This document shows, piece after piece, positions 18,896 to 26,321 of a stretch of DNA of 64,000 bases. The notes beneath the pieces were generated by a model that did no database searches, was not told the origin of the DNA, and worked only from the letters and a program-made list of their open reading frames with translations. The translations under genes and the position numbers were made by a program. Position 1 is the first letter of the stretch. Every line of letters starts with the position of its first letter. The stretch comes from Clostridia bacterium (GTDB lineage Bacteria; Bacillota; Clostridia; Christensenellales; QALW01): NCBI GenBank assembly GCA_045594045.1, contig JAZNXV010000034.1, positions 1,075-65,074 of the forward strand, given 5' to 3'.

Positions 18896-18945
18896 TAGTG
18901 CGTATAGTAATATTGGCAATTTGTTTTGAGGAGATTGTGATATAT

Positions 18946-19068
18946 ATGAAGAAGATTTATTCAAAGCCAGAGGTTGAAGTTGTTGAACTTTTAAACGGTG
19001 CTGTATTTACTGATTTTGAAGACGGCGGCGACTTTGATGGTCCTGACGTTGTTGAGTCAGGAGCTTGA
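18946..19068 (+). CDS. 40-aa acidic peptide, candidate RiPP precursor (not in the supplied ORF track)
   Basis: Hand translation: MKKIYSKPEVEVVELLNGAVFTDFEDGGDFDGPDVVESGA*. GAGGAG lies 12 nt upstream. The gene has its own promoter and two downstream terminators. It carries a YxxPxV leader-like motif. Confidence 0.6.
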   Translation: MKKIYSKPEVEVVELLNGAVFTDFEDGGDFDGPDVVESGA

Positions 19069-19093
19069 TTAATTTACATCGCTATAAGCAATC

Positions 19094-19125
19094 AGCCGAC
19101 AAGAAATTTTGTCGGCTTTGTGTTT
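19094..19125 (+). terminator. intrinsic terminator after the peptide gene
   Basis: AGCCGACAA (19094-102) pairs with TTGTCGGCT (19109-17), followed by TTGTGTTTTT. Confidence 0.8.
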
Positions 19126-19131
19126 TTGGAG

Positions 19132-19162
19132 AAAAAAGCGGCTTTTCTTAAGCCGCTTTTTT
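19132..19162. terminator. bidirectional intrinsic terminator
   Basis: AAAAAAGCGGCTT pairs with AAGCCGCTTTTTT. The A-run and T-run let it serve both the peptide gene (+) and the pseudouridine synthase gene (-). Confidence 0.8.
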
Positions 19163-19171
19163 ATATAAAGA

Positions 19172-19864
19172 TTATTCAATATTTAATTTGAAGGCAGTCC
19201 AAGGTGCGATAGACGGGGGATAGCATATAAATTGCATGGAGTCCTTTTTAGTGGGGTGTATTAAACGAAGCTTTACAGCGTATAAGGCTAATTGCTGACC
19301 TTTTTTGTTTATACCGTATCCGTATCGTTGATCACCCCAAAGAGGGCAGCCCATATGTGCCATTTGAACTCGTATTTGATGAGAACGGCCTGTTTCGAGC
19401 TGAACTTGTAAAAGAGAAAGGGTGCCTTCGGGTGTTTCAAGCTTTTGCAGGAGCTTATAGTTTAATATTGCTTTTTTAGCACCTTCAACTGATTGGGGAA
19501 CAACCTCAACGGTGTTGGTGCTTTCGTTTTTCTTAAGGTAGTTAACGAGTCTGTCGGTAGTATTTTTAGGCTCACCTCTTACAACGCAATAGTACGTGCG
19601 CTTAAGCTCGTTTTCCTTGAGCTGTGTTGCAAGACGTGCCGCCGCTTTTGAGGTGCGTGCAAAAACTGCCAAGCCGCCTGCGGGGCGGTCAAGCCTGTGA
19701 ACAAGACCTAAAAATGCTTCGCCCGGCTTATTATATTTAACCCTTACGTATTCCTTTAAAACGGCATGCATGGATTCGTCGCCCGTCGCGTCGCCTGCAA
19801 TAATCATATTTTGTGGTTTTTCGGCAACTATAATATGGTTGTCTTCGTATAAAATTTCAAACAT
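19172..19864 (-). CDS. RluA-family pseudouridine synthase
   Basis: Catalytic motif HRLDRPAGG and GRSHQIRVQMAHMGCPLWGDQRYG. Confidence 0.9.
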   Translation of the reverse strand: MFEILYEDNHIIVAEKPQNMIIAGDATGDESMHAVLKEYVRVKYNKPGEAFLGLVHRLDRPAGGLAVFARTSKAAARLATQLKENELKRTYYCVVRGEPKNTTDRLVNYLKKNESTNTVEVVPQSVEGAKKAILNYKLLQKLETPEGTLSLLQVQLETGRSHQIRVQMAHMGCPLWGDQRYGYGINKKGQQLALYAVKLRLIHPTKKDSMQFICYPPSIAPWTAFKLNIE

Positions 19865-19867
19865 AAA

Positions 19868-20728
19868 TCACCTTTCCCATCTGCCCGAAGCACCGCAAGG
19901 AAGAATAATGTTGCCGCTTGTTGCCTTTAAGCCAACTTCCTTGGCATCAACACTTCCGCCAAAACGGGAGCAAATGGTCTTTTCAATAACGTTTTTAAGT
20001 ACAAGAGGCTGCAAACCCGTTGTGTAGCTGTTAAGTAATAAGAATAATGGCTCATCGGAAAGCAGTTGCGCTAAATTTTCCATAAAGGGATAGAGCATTT
20101 CTTCTAAATGCCACAACTCACCGCCCGGACCGCGCCCGTAACTTGGGGGATCGAGAATTATTCCGTCATACTTGTTGCCGCGGCGGATTTCGCGTTGAAC
20201 GAACTTTAAACAGTCGTCAACAATCCATCTTACAGGTGCGTCAGATAAGTTTGATGCGGCTAAATTTTCCTTGCCGATAGCAATCATATTTTTTGCAGCG
20301 TCAACGTGGCAAACCTTTGCTCCTGCAGAAGCACAGGCAACGGTAGCACCGCCGGTGTAACCAAAAAGGTTAAGCACGTTTATGGGACGGTTGGCGTTTT
20401 TTATAAGATTGCGCATCCAATCCCAATTAACCGCTTGTTCAGGGAAAAGTCCTGTGTGCTTAAAGCCCATAGGACGCACTGTAAAGGTAAGGTCACGCCA
20501 AGCGATATTCCATTTTTCAGGCACCTTTTTGTTAAATTCCCAAGCGCCTCCGCCTGAGGAAGAACGCCTATAGGTTGCGTGAATAGTTTTTTTGTTTAAA
20601 GGGAGCGAATAAGGCCAAATAACCTGCGGATCGGGGCGCAGAAGAACGATATCCTTCCAGCGCTCAAGCTTCATACCGTCACCGCAGTCAAGCAGCTCAT
20701 AATCAACCCAAGAATCTGTAACAAACAT
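19868..20728 (-). CDS. class I SAM-dependent (rRNA) methyltransferase, RlmI/RlmK-like
   Basis: SAM motif VLNLFGYTGGATVA and motif IV IILDPPSYGRG. The start is trimmed to ATG 20728, which overlaps the ileS stop by 1 nt (TAATG). Confidence 0.8.
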   Translation of the reverse strand: MFVTDSWVDYELLDCGDGMKLERWKDIVLLRPDPQVIWPYSLPLNKKTIHATYRRSSSGGGAWEFNKKVPEKWNIAWRDLTFTVRPMGFKHTGLFPEQAVNWDWMRNLIKNANRPINVLNLFGYTGGATVACASAGAKVCHVDAAKNMIAIGKENLAASNLSDAPVRWIVDDCLKFVQREIRRGNKYDGIILDPPSYGRGPGGELWHLEEMLYPFMENLAQLLSDEPLFLLLNSYTTGLQPLVLKNVIEKTICSRFGGSVDAKEVGLKATSGNIILPCGASGRWER

Positions 20729-23700
20729 TAAATCTTTTCCATAGATATAACGCATTTAAGGTCGTTAATATCCCATTCTTTATTATTTTGTAATGGCGCA
20801 CCGACACTTACCGAATCGGCAAGGCAATCACCTGCAATATCATCAGCATACTGCTCTACAACGTTTTTAAGAGTACCGTCTGTAGTAATAACGAGCTTAA
20901 TATGGTCAGTAACTTCGAAGCCGGTTTCCTTGCGCATTGTTTGAACTTTGGAAACAAGCTCGCGCATATAGCCTTCTTCAATAAGCTCTTGATTTAAGTT
21001 GTTATCAAGAACAACGGTAATTTCGGAATCGCTTTGTGCAGTAAAGCCTGATTTGTTGGCAGGGGTAATTAAAAGGTCATCTGCGGTTAAAACAACGTCA
21101 GTGCCGTTAATATTAAACTTAATTGAGCCTTCAGCATTTAATTGCTTCATTAAAGCAGAGCCGTCACTTGCAGAAAGTTCTTTTCCGATTAAACCTACAA
21201 GCTTGCCGTATTTAGGGCCGACTGTGCGAAGCTGTGGCTTGAAGGTGTAGGTGATAAAGTCACTTGAATCGTCGGTAAACTTAACTTCTTTAACGTTAAG
21301 CTCGTCTTCAATCTCTTTACAGAACATTTCGGGCAGTACCTTTGCGCCGCTTATAAACAAGGACTGAAGGGGCTGACGGTTTTTGATATTGGCGTCGTTT
21401 CTGCAAGCTCTGCCCAAGGCAACAGCCTTTAACAGATACTCCATATTATCCTCAAGTTCTTTGTCAATCCAAGCTGTGTTAGCTTTGGGGAAAGCACAAA
21501 GATGTACGCTTTCGGGTGCAGAGCTATCTACTGAACAAACAATGTTGCGATAAATTTCTTCCGCAATAAAAGGTGTGTAAGGAGCAGTTAACTGAGTAAG
21601 AGTTTTAAGCACAGTGTAGAGAGTCATATAAGCGTTAATCTTATCCTGAGTCATTTCGCTTCCCCAATAACGCTCTCTGCCACGACGGATATACCAGTTA
21701 GAAAGCTCATCAACAAAATCGTTCATAGCTCTTGCAGTTTCGGTTATGCGATAATTTTCAAGACCCTCGTCAACGAAAGCAATAAGGCTTTGTAAACGTG
21801 ATAAAATCCATTTATCCATAACGGAAAGCTTATCGTAATCAAGTGAATATTTAGTGGGATCAAAATTATCGATATTTGCGTACATTACGTAGAAAGCGTA
21901 GGTGTTCCAAAGAGTACCCATATACTTTCTTTGAGCTTCGCTTACAGCCTCACCGTAGAAGCGTGAAGGCAACCATGGAGATGAGCCTGTGTAGAAATAC
22001 CAACGAACAGCATCAGAGCCTTGCTTATCCAAAATTGACCAAGGGTCAACAACGTTACCCTTATGCTTGCTCATTTTAATGCCGTCTTTATCGTTAACGT
22101 GACCTAAAACGATACAGTTTTTAAAGGGAGCCTTATCAAACAGGAGAGTAGAAATAGCTAAAAGCGTATAGAACCAACCACGAGTCTGGTCGATAGCTTC
22201 GCTGATGAAATCAGCAGGGAAAAGCTTCTCAAAGAGCTCTTTGTTTTCAAAGGGGTAGTGGAGCTGAGCAAAGGGCATAGAACCGCTATCGAACCAACAG
22301 TCAATAACTTCGGGAGCTCTGTGCATATCCTTGCCGCACTTTGGACATTTAATTGTAAGGGGGTCAAGGAAGGGCTTATGAAGCTCAACGTTTTCGTCAC
22401 AGCCTGTGAGCTCCACTAATTCTTTTCTTGAACCAATTGTGTGGAAATGACCGCATTCACATTCCCAAACGGGCAGGGGAGTACCCCAATAACGTTCGCG
22501 GGAAAGTCCCCAGTCAATAACGTTTTCAAGGAAGTTACCCATTCTGCCTTCCTTGATGCTTTCGGGAATCCAATTAACAGAACGGTTGTTTTTAATAAGC
22601 TGATCTCTAACAGCAGTCATTTTAATAAACCAGGTGGAACGGGCATAGTAAATCAAAGGAGTATCACAACGCCAGCAGAAAGGATAGCTGTGAGTAAATT
22701 CAACTGCGCGAACTAATCTGCCTGCTTTGTCTAAATCCTCAATAATAACCTTGTCGGCATCTTTAATAAACATACCGGCATAAGGAGTAGCTTCTTCAAC
22801 AAAAAGACCTTGTGCGTTAATAAGCTGAACAAAAGGAAGGTCGTTTTCTCTGCCTACACGAGCGTCGTCTTCACCAAAGGCAGGGGCGATATGAACGATA
22901 CCGGAGCCGGCGTCAAGAGTAACGTAATCGTCAGCAACAACGTACCAAGCGCGCTTTGTAACCTTTGCAAAGTCGAACAAAGGCTCATAGTCCATACCGC
23001 AAAGGTCAGCACCCTTGACGGTTTTGATAACTTCAGCATCTTCGCTTAAAGCAGAAGCTAAAAGCTCTTTGGCGCAAATATATGTTTTGCCTTCAAAAGA
23101 AGCATAAACGTATTCTTCGTTAGCGTTTACGCAAAGGGCAACGTTTGAAGGCAACGTCCAAGGTGTAGTAGTCCAAGCAAGAAGATAAGTATTATCCTCG
23201 CCTTTAGCCTTGAATGAAACGAAAACACTTGTTTCTTTAACATCTTTATAGCCTTGAGCAACCTCGTGAGAAGAAAGTGCAGTGCCGCAACGGGGGCAGT
23301 AAGGAACTACTTTGTGACCCTTGTAGAGCAAACCCTTTTCGGCGATGGTTTTAAGAGCCCACCATTCGCTTTCAATATAGTTATCTTCATAGGTTACGTA
23401 AGGGTGGTCCATATCAACCCAATAACCTACGCGGTCACTCATTTTTTCCCATTCACCCTTATATTTCCAAACGCTCTCTTTGCAACGCTGAATAAAGGGT
23501 TCAATACCAAAATCTTCGATTTGAGGCTTGCCGCTGATGCCAAGTTGTTTTTCAACTTCAAGTTCAACGGGAAGGCCATGGGTGTCCCAACCTGCCTTGC
23601 GAAGCACGTGGTATCCCTTCATAGTGCGGTAACGGGGAATAATATCCTTAATAACACGGGTTAAAATATGACCGATGTGGGGCTTGCCGTTAGCAGTAGG

Positions 23701-23841
23701 GGGGCCATCGTAAAAGGTGAATTCAGGGTTACCCTCATTCATCTTTGTACTACGCTCAAAAACGTCATTTTCCTTCCAAAATTCAAGAATTTCTTTTTCG
23801 CGGTCAACGAAATTAAGACCGGTATCAACTTTCTTGTACAT
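20728..23841 (-). CDS. ileS: isoleucine--tRNA ligase (long, type-2-like form, 1037 aa)
   Basis: Motifs FYDGPPTANGKPHIGH (HIGH) and IKMSKHKGN (KMSKS). The start is trimmed to MYKKVDTGLNF (ATG 23841) behind GGAGG. The ORF-track extension to 24006 covers the T-box leader. Confidence 0.95.
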   Translation of the reverse strand: MYKKVDTGLNFVDREKEILEFWKENDVFERSTKMNEGNPEFTFYDGPPTANGKPHIGHILTRVIKDIIPRYRTMKGYHVLRKAGWDTHGLPVELEVEKQLGISGKPQIEDFGIEPFIQRCKESVWKYKGEWEKMSDRVGYWVDMDHPYVTYEDNYIESEWWALKTIAEKGLLYKGHKVVPYCPRCGTALSSHEVAQGYKDVKETSVFVSFKAKGEDNTYLLAWTTTPWTLPSNVALCVNANEEYVYASFEGKTYICAKELLASALSEDAEVIKTVKGADLCGMDYEPLFDFAKVTKRAWYVVADDYVTLDAGSGIVHIAPAFGEDDARVGRENDLPFVQLINAQGLFVEEATPYAGMFIKDADKVIIEDLDKAGRLVRAVEFTHSYPFCWRCDTPLIYYARSTWFIKMTAVRDQLIKNNRSVNWIPESIKEGRMGNFLENVIDWGLSRERYWGTPLPVWECECGHFHTIGSRKELVELTGCDENVELHKPFLDPLTIKCPKCGKDMHRAPEVIDCWFDSGSMPFAQLHYPFENKELFEKLFPADFISEAIDQTRGWFYTLLAISTLLFDKAPFKNCIVLGHVNDKDGIKMSKHKGNVVDPWSILDKQGSDAVRWYFYTGSSPWLPSRFYGEAVSEAQRKYMGTLWNTYAFYVMYANIDNFDPTKYSLDYDKLSVMDKWILSRLQSLIAFVDEGLENYRITETARAMNDFVDELSNWYIRRGRERYWGSEMTQDKINAYMTLYTVLKTLTQLTAPYTPFIAEEIYRNIVCSVDSSAPESVHLCAFPKANTAWIDKELEDNMEYLLKAVALGRACRNDANIKNRQPLQSLFISGAKVLPEMFCKEIEDELNVKEVKFTDDSSDFITYTFKPQLRTVGPKYGKLVGLIGKELSASDGSALMKQLNAEGSIKFNINGTDVVLTADDLLITPANKSGFTAQSDSEITVVLDNNLNQELIEEGYMRELVSKVQTMRKETGFEVTDHIKLVITTDGTLKNVVEQYADDIAGDCLADSVSVGAPLQNNKEWDINDLKCVISMEKI

Positions 23842-24092
23842 AAAAACCTCCAAATAAAAAATAAAACCCTGTGCATTTTGAAAAAAGCACAAGGCAAACC
23901 ACCAAAACGCGCGTACTAACATACGGTGTTGCGTAATGTGCAACTGACATCGGAAATTACTAAAAATTCGTCTCCGCCTCTGACAGGTGATATCTCCTAA
24001 AACCAAGCTGCGCGCTTACACCCACCGCACGCTCTCTGAAAGCTTAAAATAAAAGGAAACGTGTCCTGATAAACGAGTTTATTTATTCAGCA
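23842..24092 (-). promoter_or_regulatory. T-box leader (Ile specifier) controlling ileS
   Basis: The minus-strand transcript carries AGAGAG and GGUGGGUG stem-I elements. It has GAU-AUC-A with the AUC specifier at 23991-23989 followed by A. The T-box UUGGUGGUUUGCC overlaps the terminator CCUUGUGC/GCACAGGG (23894-23867) plus a U-run. Confidence 0.8.
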
Positions 24093-24097
24093 CACAT

Positions 24098-24126
24098 ATT
24101 ATATATAATAAATAAATTTTTGTAAA
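24098..24126 (-). promoter_or_regulatory. sigma-A-type promoter for the ileS leader
   Basis: Minus strand reads TTTACA (24126-21), a 17-nt spacer, then TATAAT (24103-24098). Confidence 0.5.
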
Positions 24127-24196
24127 GTAAAATATTAAAAAAAGCTAAATTGGGTTTTCAAAATTCTTTAAAAACGGCTTTTGTTGCTTAAATGTA

Positions 24197-24225
24197 TTGA
24201 CATCTGCCGTGTTGTGTGATAGAAT
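24197..24225 (+). promoter_or_regulatory. sigma-A-type promoter for the riboswitch-controlled unit
   Basis: TTGACA (24197-202), a 17-nt spacer, then TGaTAGAAT (24217-25). Confidence 0.6.
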
Positions 24226-24231
24226 CTTAAC

Positions 24232-24476
24232 GAATAAAAAGATACTCACAGTTCATCAAGTGAAAGCTTGTAGCCGCAAGCAAAATGCTCTAAAGGCGTT
24301 TTGCCCGGGGATAAGGGAACGTCGGTGAAAGTCCGAGACAACAGCCATTACCGTAAAGTCGGAATGCTTATCGTTCTGTGATGCACGAAAAGGTCCTTGG
24401 GCAAAAGAAGGATGCGTTTTAAGGCATAGCTTATTAAGGCGTTCTTCTAAAAAAAGAAGGGCGTTTTTCTTTTTTC
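24232..24476 (+). promoter_or_regulatory. cobalamin riboswitch with expression-platform terminator
   Basis: AAGGGAACGUCGGUGAAAGUCCGAG...CAGCCAUUACCGUAAAGUCGGAAUGC matches the GGGAA/GGUGAAAnUCC/ACnGUAA core and a B12-box-like segment. The terminator CGTTCTTCT/AGAAGGGCG plus a T-run lies at 24440-24476. The downstream genes fit B12 uptake. Confidence 0.7.
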
Positions 24477-24506
24477 TTTTTATCAAAAGAAAAGGAGTGA
24501 ATTTTT

Positions 24507-24995
24507 ATGAGAAAAACAATTTCAAAAATCGTATCAACGTTACTTATTGCTTTATTGGTGCTTTGCTTTAGTGCATGCACACCCAATACGCCCCCCGAAA
24601 CCCCCGGCGATTTAGGTGCTACGGCAACCGCAACGGTAGCGCCAAGTGCAGATCAGGGACCTTGGGCAAATGCTAAATATAAGGAAGATACTTCTTTGGG
24701 CGAAGGGGCTAACCAAATTATTCTTACCGTTAAGGTGGAAGAAAATAGCGTTAAGTTTACTATTAACAGCGATAAAACAAAATTAGGAGAAATTCTTCTT
24801 GATAACGAGCTTGTTCAAGGTGAACAGGGCGCATACGGTCTGTATATTAAATACGTTAACGGTATTCGTGCCGACTATGAGCTTGACAAGGCTTATTGGG
24901 AGATTACAAAAGATGGAGAAATGGTAAATTCCGGTGCGGATTCTATTGAAATTTTAAGCGGCGATAAGTATGAGCTTACGTACAAGAAGGCTTAA
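24507..24995 (+). CDS. DUF4430-like lipoprotein (transcobalamin-like beta-domain; candidate surface B12 binder)
   Basis: Lipobox LCFSAC. The C-terminus YIKYVNGIRADYELDKAYWEITKDGEMVNSGADSIEILSGDKYELTY follows the DUF4430 pattern (W..NG.....GA....L..GD). Confidence 0.7.
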   Translation: MRKTISKIVSTLLIALLVLCFSACTPNTPPETPGDLGATATATVAPSADQGPWANAKYKEDTSLGEGANQIILTVKVEENSVKFTINSDKTKLGEILLDNELVQGEQGAYGLYIKYVNGIRADYELDKAYWEITKDGEMVNSGADSIEILSGDKYELTYKKA

Positions 24996-25506
24996 AATTT
25001 CCGTTTTTGAGCTAACGCTGTTTGCCTTGCTGGCGGCGGTACTGTTTTTAGGAAAAAGATTATTTGAGTTTGTGCCCGACCCAAATATTCATCCTCTTGC
25101 TATGCTGATAACGGCATATACCGTTGCCTTTAGGAAAAAGGCTTTACTGCCAATATATACCTACGTGTTGCTCGAAGGCGTTTTTAGCGGATTTTCACTT
25201 TGGTGGGTTCCGTACCTTTATATTTGGACGGTTCTTTGGGGGATGACTATGCTATTACCTCCAATGAAGGAAAAGATAGGGGCGTTTGTGTACCCGTTAG
25301 TATGTGCGTTGCATGGACTGCTTTTCGGTATTCTGTACGCGCCTGCGCAGGCGATTTTGTTTGGGCTTGATTTTGAAGGGACGGTTGCTTGGATAATAGC
25401 AGGCTTGCCCTTTGACGTATCTCACGCAATAGGAAATCTTATTATAGGTACGCTTGCCTTACCGCTTTCAATGCTTCTAAAGAAGCTTGTTAAAAAAACA
25501 AATTAA
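24970..25506 (+). CDS. small polytopic membrane protein, candidate ECF-type S component for cobalamin
   Basis: The 178-aa protein has 5-6 hydrophobic helices and overlaps the upstream gene by 26 nt. It sits under the B12 riboswitch. The family assignment is an inference. Confidence 0.5.
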   Translation: MSLRTRRLKISVFELTLFALLAAVLFLGKRLFEFVPDPNIHPLAMLITAYTVAFRKKALLPIYTYVLLEGVFSGFSLWWVPYLYIWTVLWGMTMLLPPMKEKIGAFVYPLVCALHGLLFGILYAPAQAILFGLDFEGTVAWIIAGLPFDVSHAIGNLIIGTLALPLSMLLKKLVKKTN

Positions 25507-25510
25507 AAAA

Positions 25511-25548
25511 TACACCTTGATGCATTATGCTTCAGGGTGCATTTTTTA
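25511..25548 (+). terminator. intrinsic terminator
   Basis: An imperfect 13-bp stem, TACACCTTGATGC with GCTTCAGGGTGCA, is followed by TTTTTT. Confidence 0.6.
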
Positions 25549-25626
25549 TTTGATGTGCTACTTAAAAAGAGTGAAAAAACGACAAAGTTGTTTTCTTAAA
25601 AAATTACTGTTGGCAGTTCAATGTAA

Positions 25627-25655
25627 TTGACACGCAGATTATAAAATGTTATAAT
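25627..25655 (+). promoter_or_regulatory. sigma-A-type promoter
   Basis: TTGACA (25627-32), a 17-nt spacer, then TATAAT (25650-55). Confidence 0.6.
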
Positions 25656-25727
25656 CAAATTGTATTTTATGAATAGCCAAAGCGCGTTCAATTTGCAATG
25701 CTGCGGTTAATTTAAGGTTGTGTTTTT

Positions 25728-26321
25728 ATGGATATTAAAGAGGAAAATATACAAAGAGTAGATAATAAGCCGGCGTCAATATATTCTATTTTTGTATTCG
25801 CCATTGTCTTTTTTGTCTGCTATATGTTCTATCCTCAAATTTCAATGCTCGTGCCGTTTTTGGGTGAAAACGTTACTGTAAAAACAAGCTACTCAAAATT
25901 ACAGCCTGCAGATATGAAAAATGCCGCCTACGTGGTAGTTGGCGTTGCGGGCGAAAGAAGCGATACCGTAGCAACGGTTGAAGCTGGTGAGCCTGACGTA
26001 TATTGCTTGGTAGACTTTGAATGTGTTGACGTTTTAAAGGGCAATATAGCCAAAGGTGAAAGTTTAAGGATTGCTGAGTTAGGCGGTAGTGCGTTAATCA
26101 GAAATCCCAAAACCGACCGTCAGGAAAAATACAACGTTTCATATGAGAATGCGGCAAAGCTCGGAAAAGAAACGTATTTACTGTTTGTTGACAGTGGAAT
26201 GAATATCATGGGCGGTAAGTTTGGCATATATACTCAGCAGGCAAACGGAACGTTTAAGGATATTGACGGTTATATTTATTCAAAAGAGGATATATTAGGT
26301 CTTATTGCGGAGGCGCAGTAG
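25728..26321 (+). CDS. hypothetical membrane-anchored protein
   Basis: One N-terminal TM helix (IYSIFVFAIVFFVCYMF). Its stop overlaps the start of the downstream PBP gene. Confidence 0.6.
   Translation: MDIKEENIQRVDNKPASIYSIFVFAIVFFVCYMFYPQISMLVPFLGENVTVKTSYSKLQPADMKNAAYVVVGVAGERSDTVATVEAGEPDVYCLVDFECVDVLKGNIAKGESLRIAELGGSALIRNPKTDRQEKYNVSYENAAKLGKETYLLFVDSGMNIMGGKFGIYTQQANGTFKDIDGYIYSKEDILGLIAEAQ

Noticed and set aside
23842-24006. 55-codon N-terminal extension of ileS in the ORF track (MVLGDITCQRRRR...).
   Set aside because: The extension covers the T-box leader and terminator. The conserved IleRS N-terminus begins at MYKKVDTGLNF, behind GGAGG.
24256-24486. 76-aa minus-strand ORF between ileS and the lipoprotein gene.
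   Set aside because: It coincides with the plus-strand cobalamin riboswitch and its terminator, and it has no RBS.
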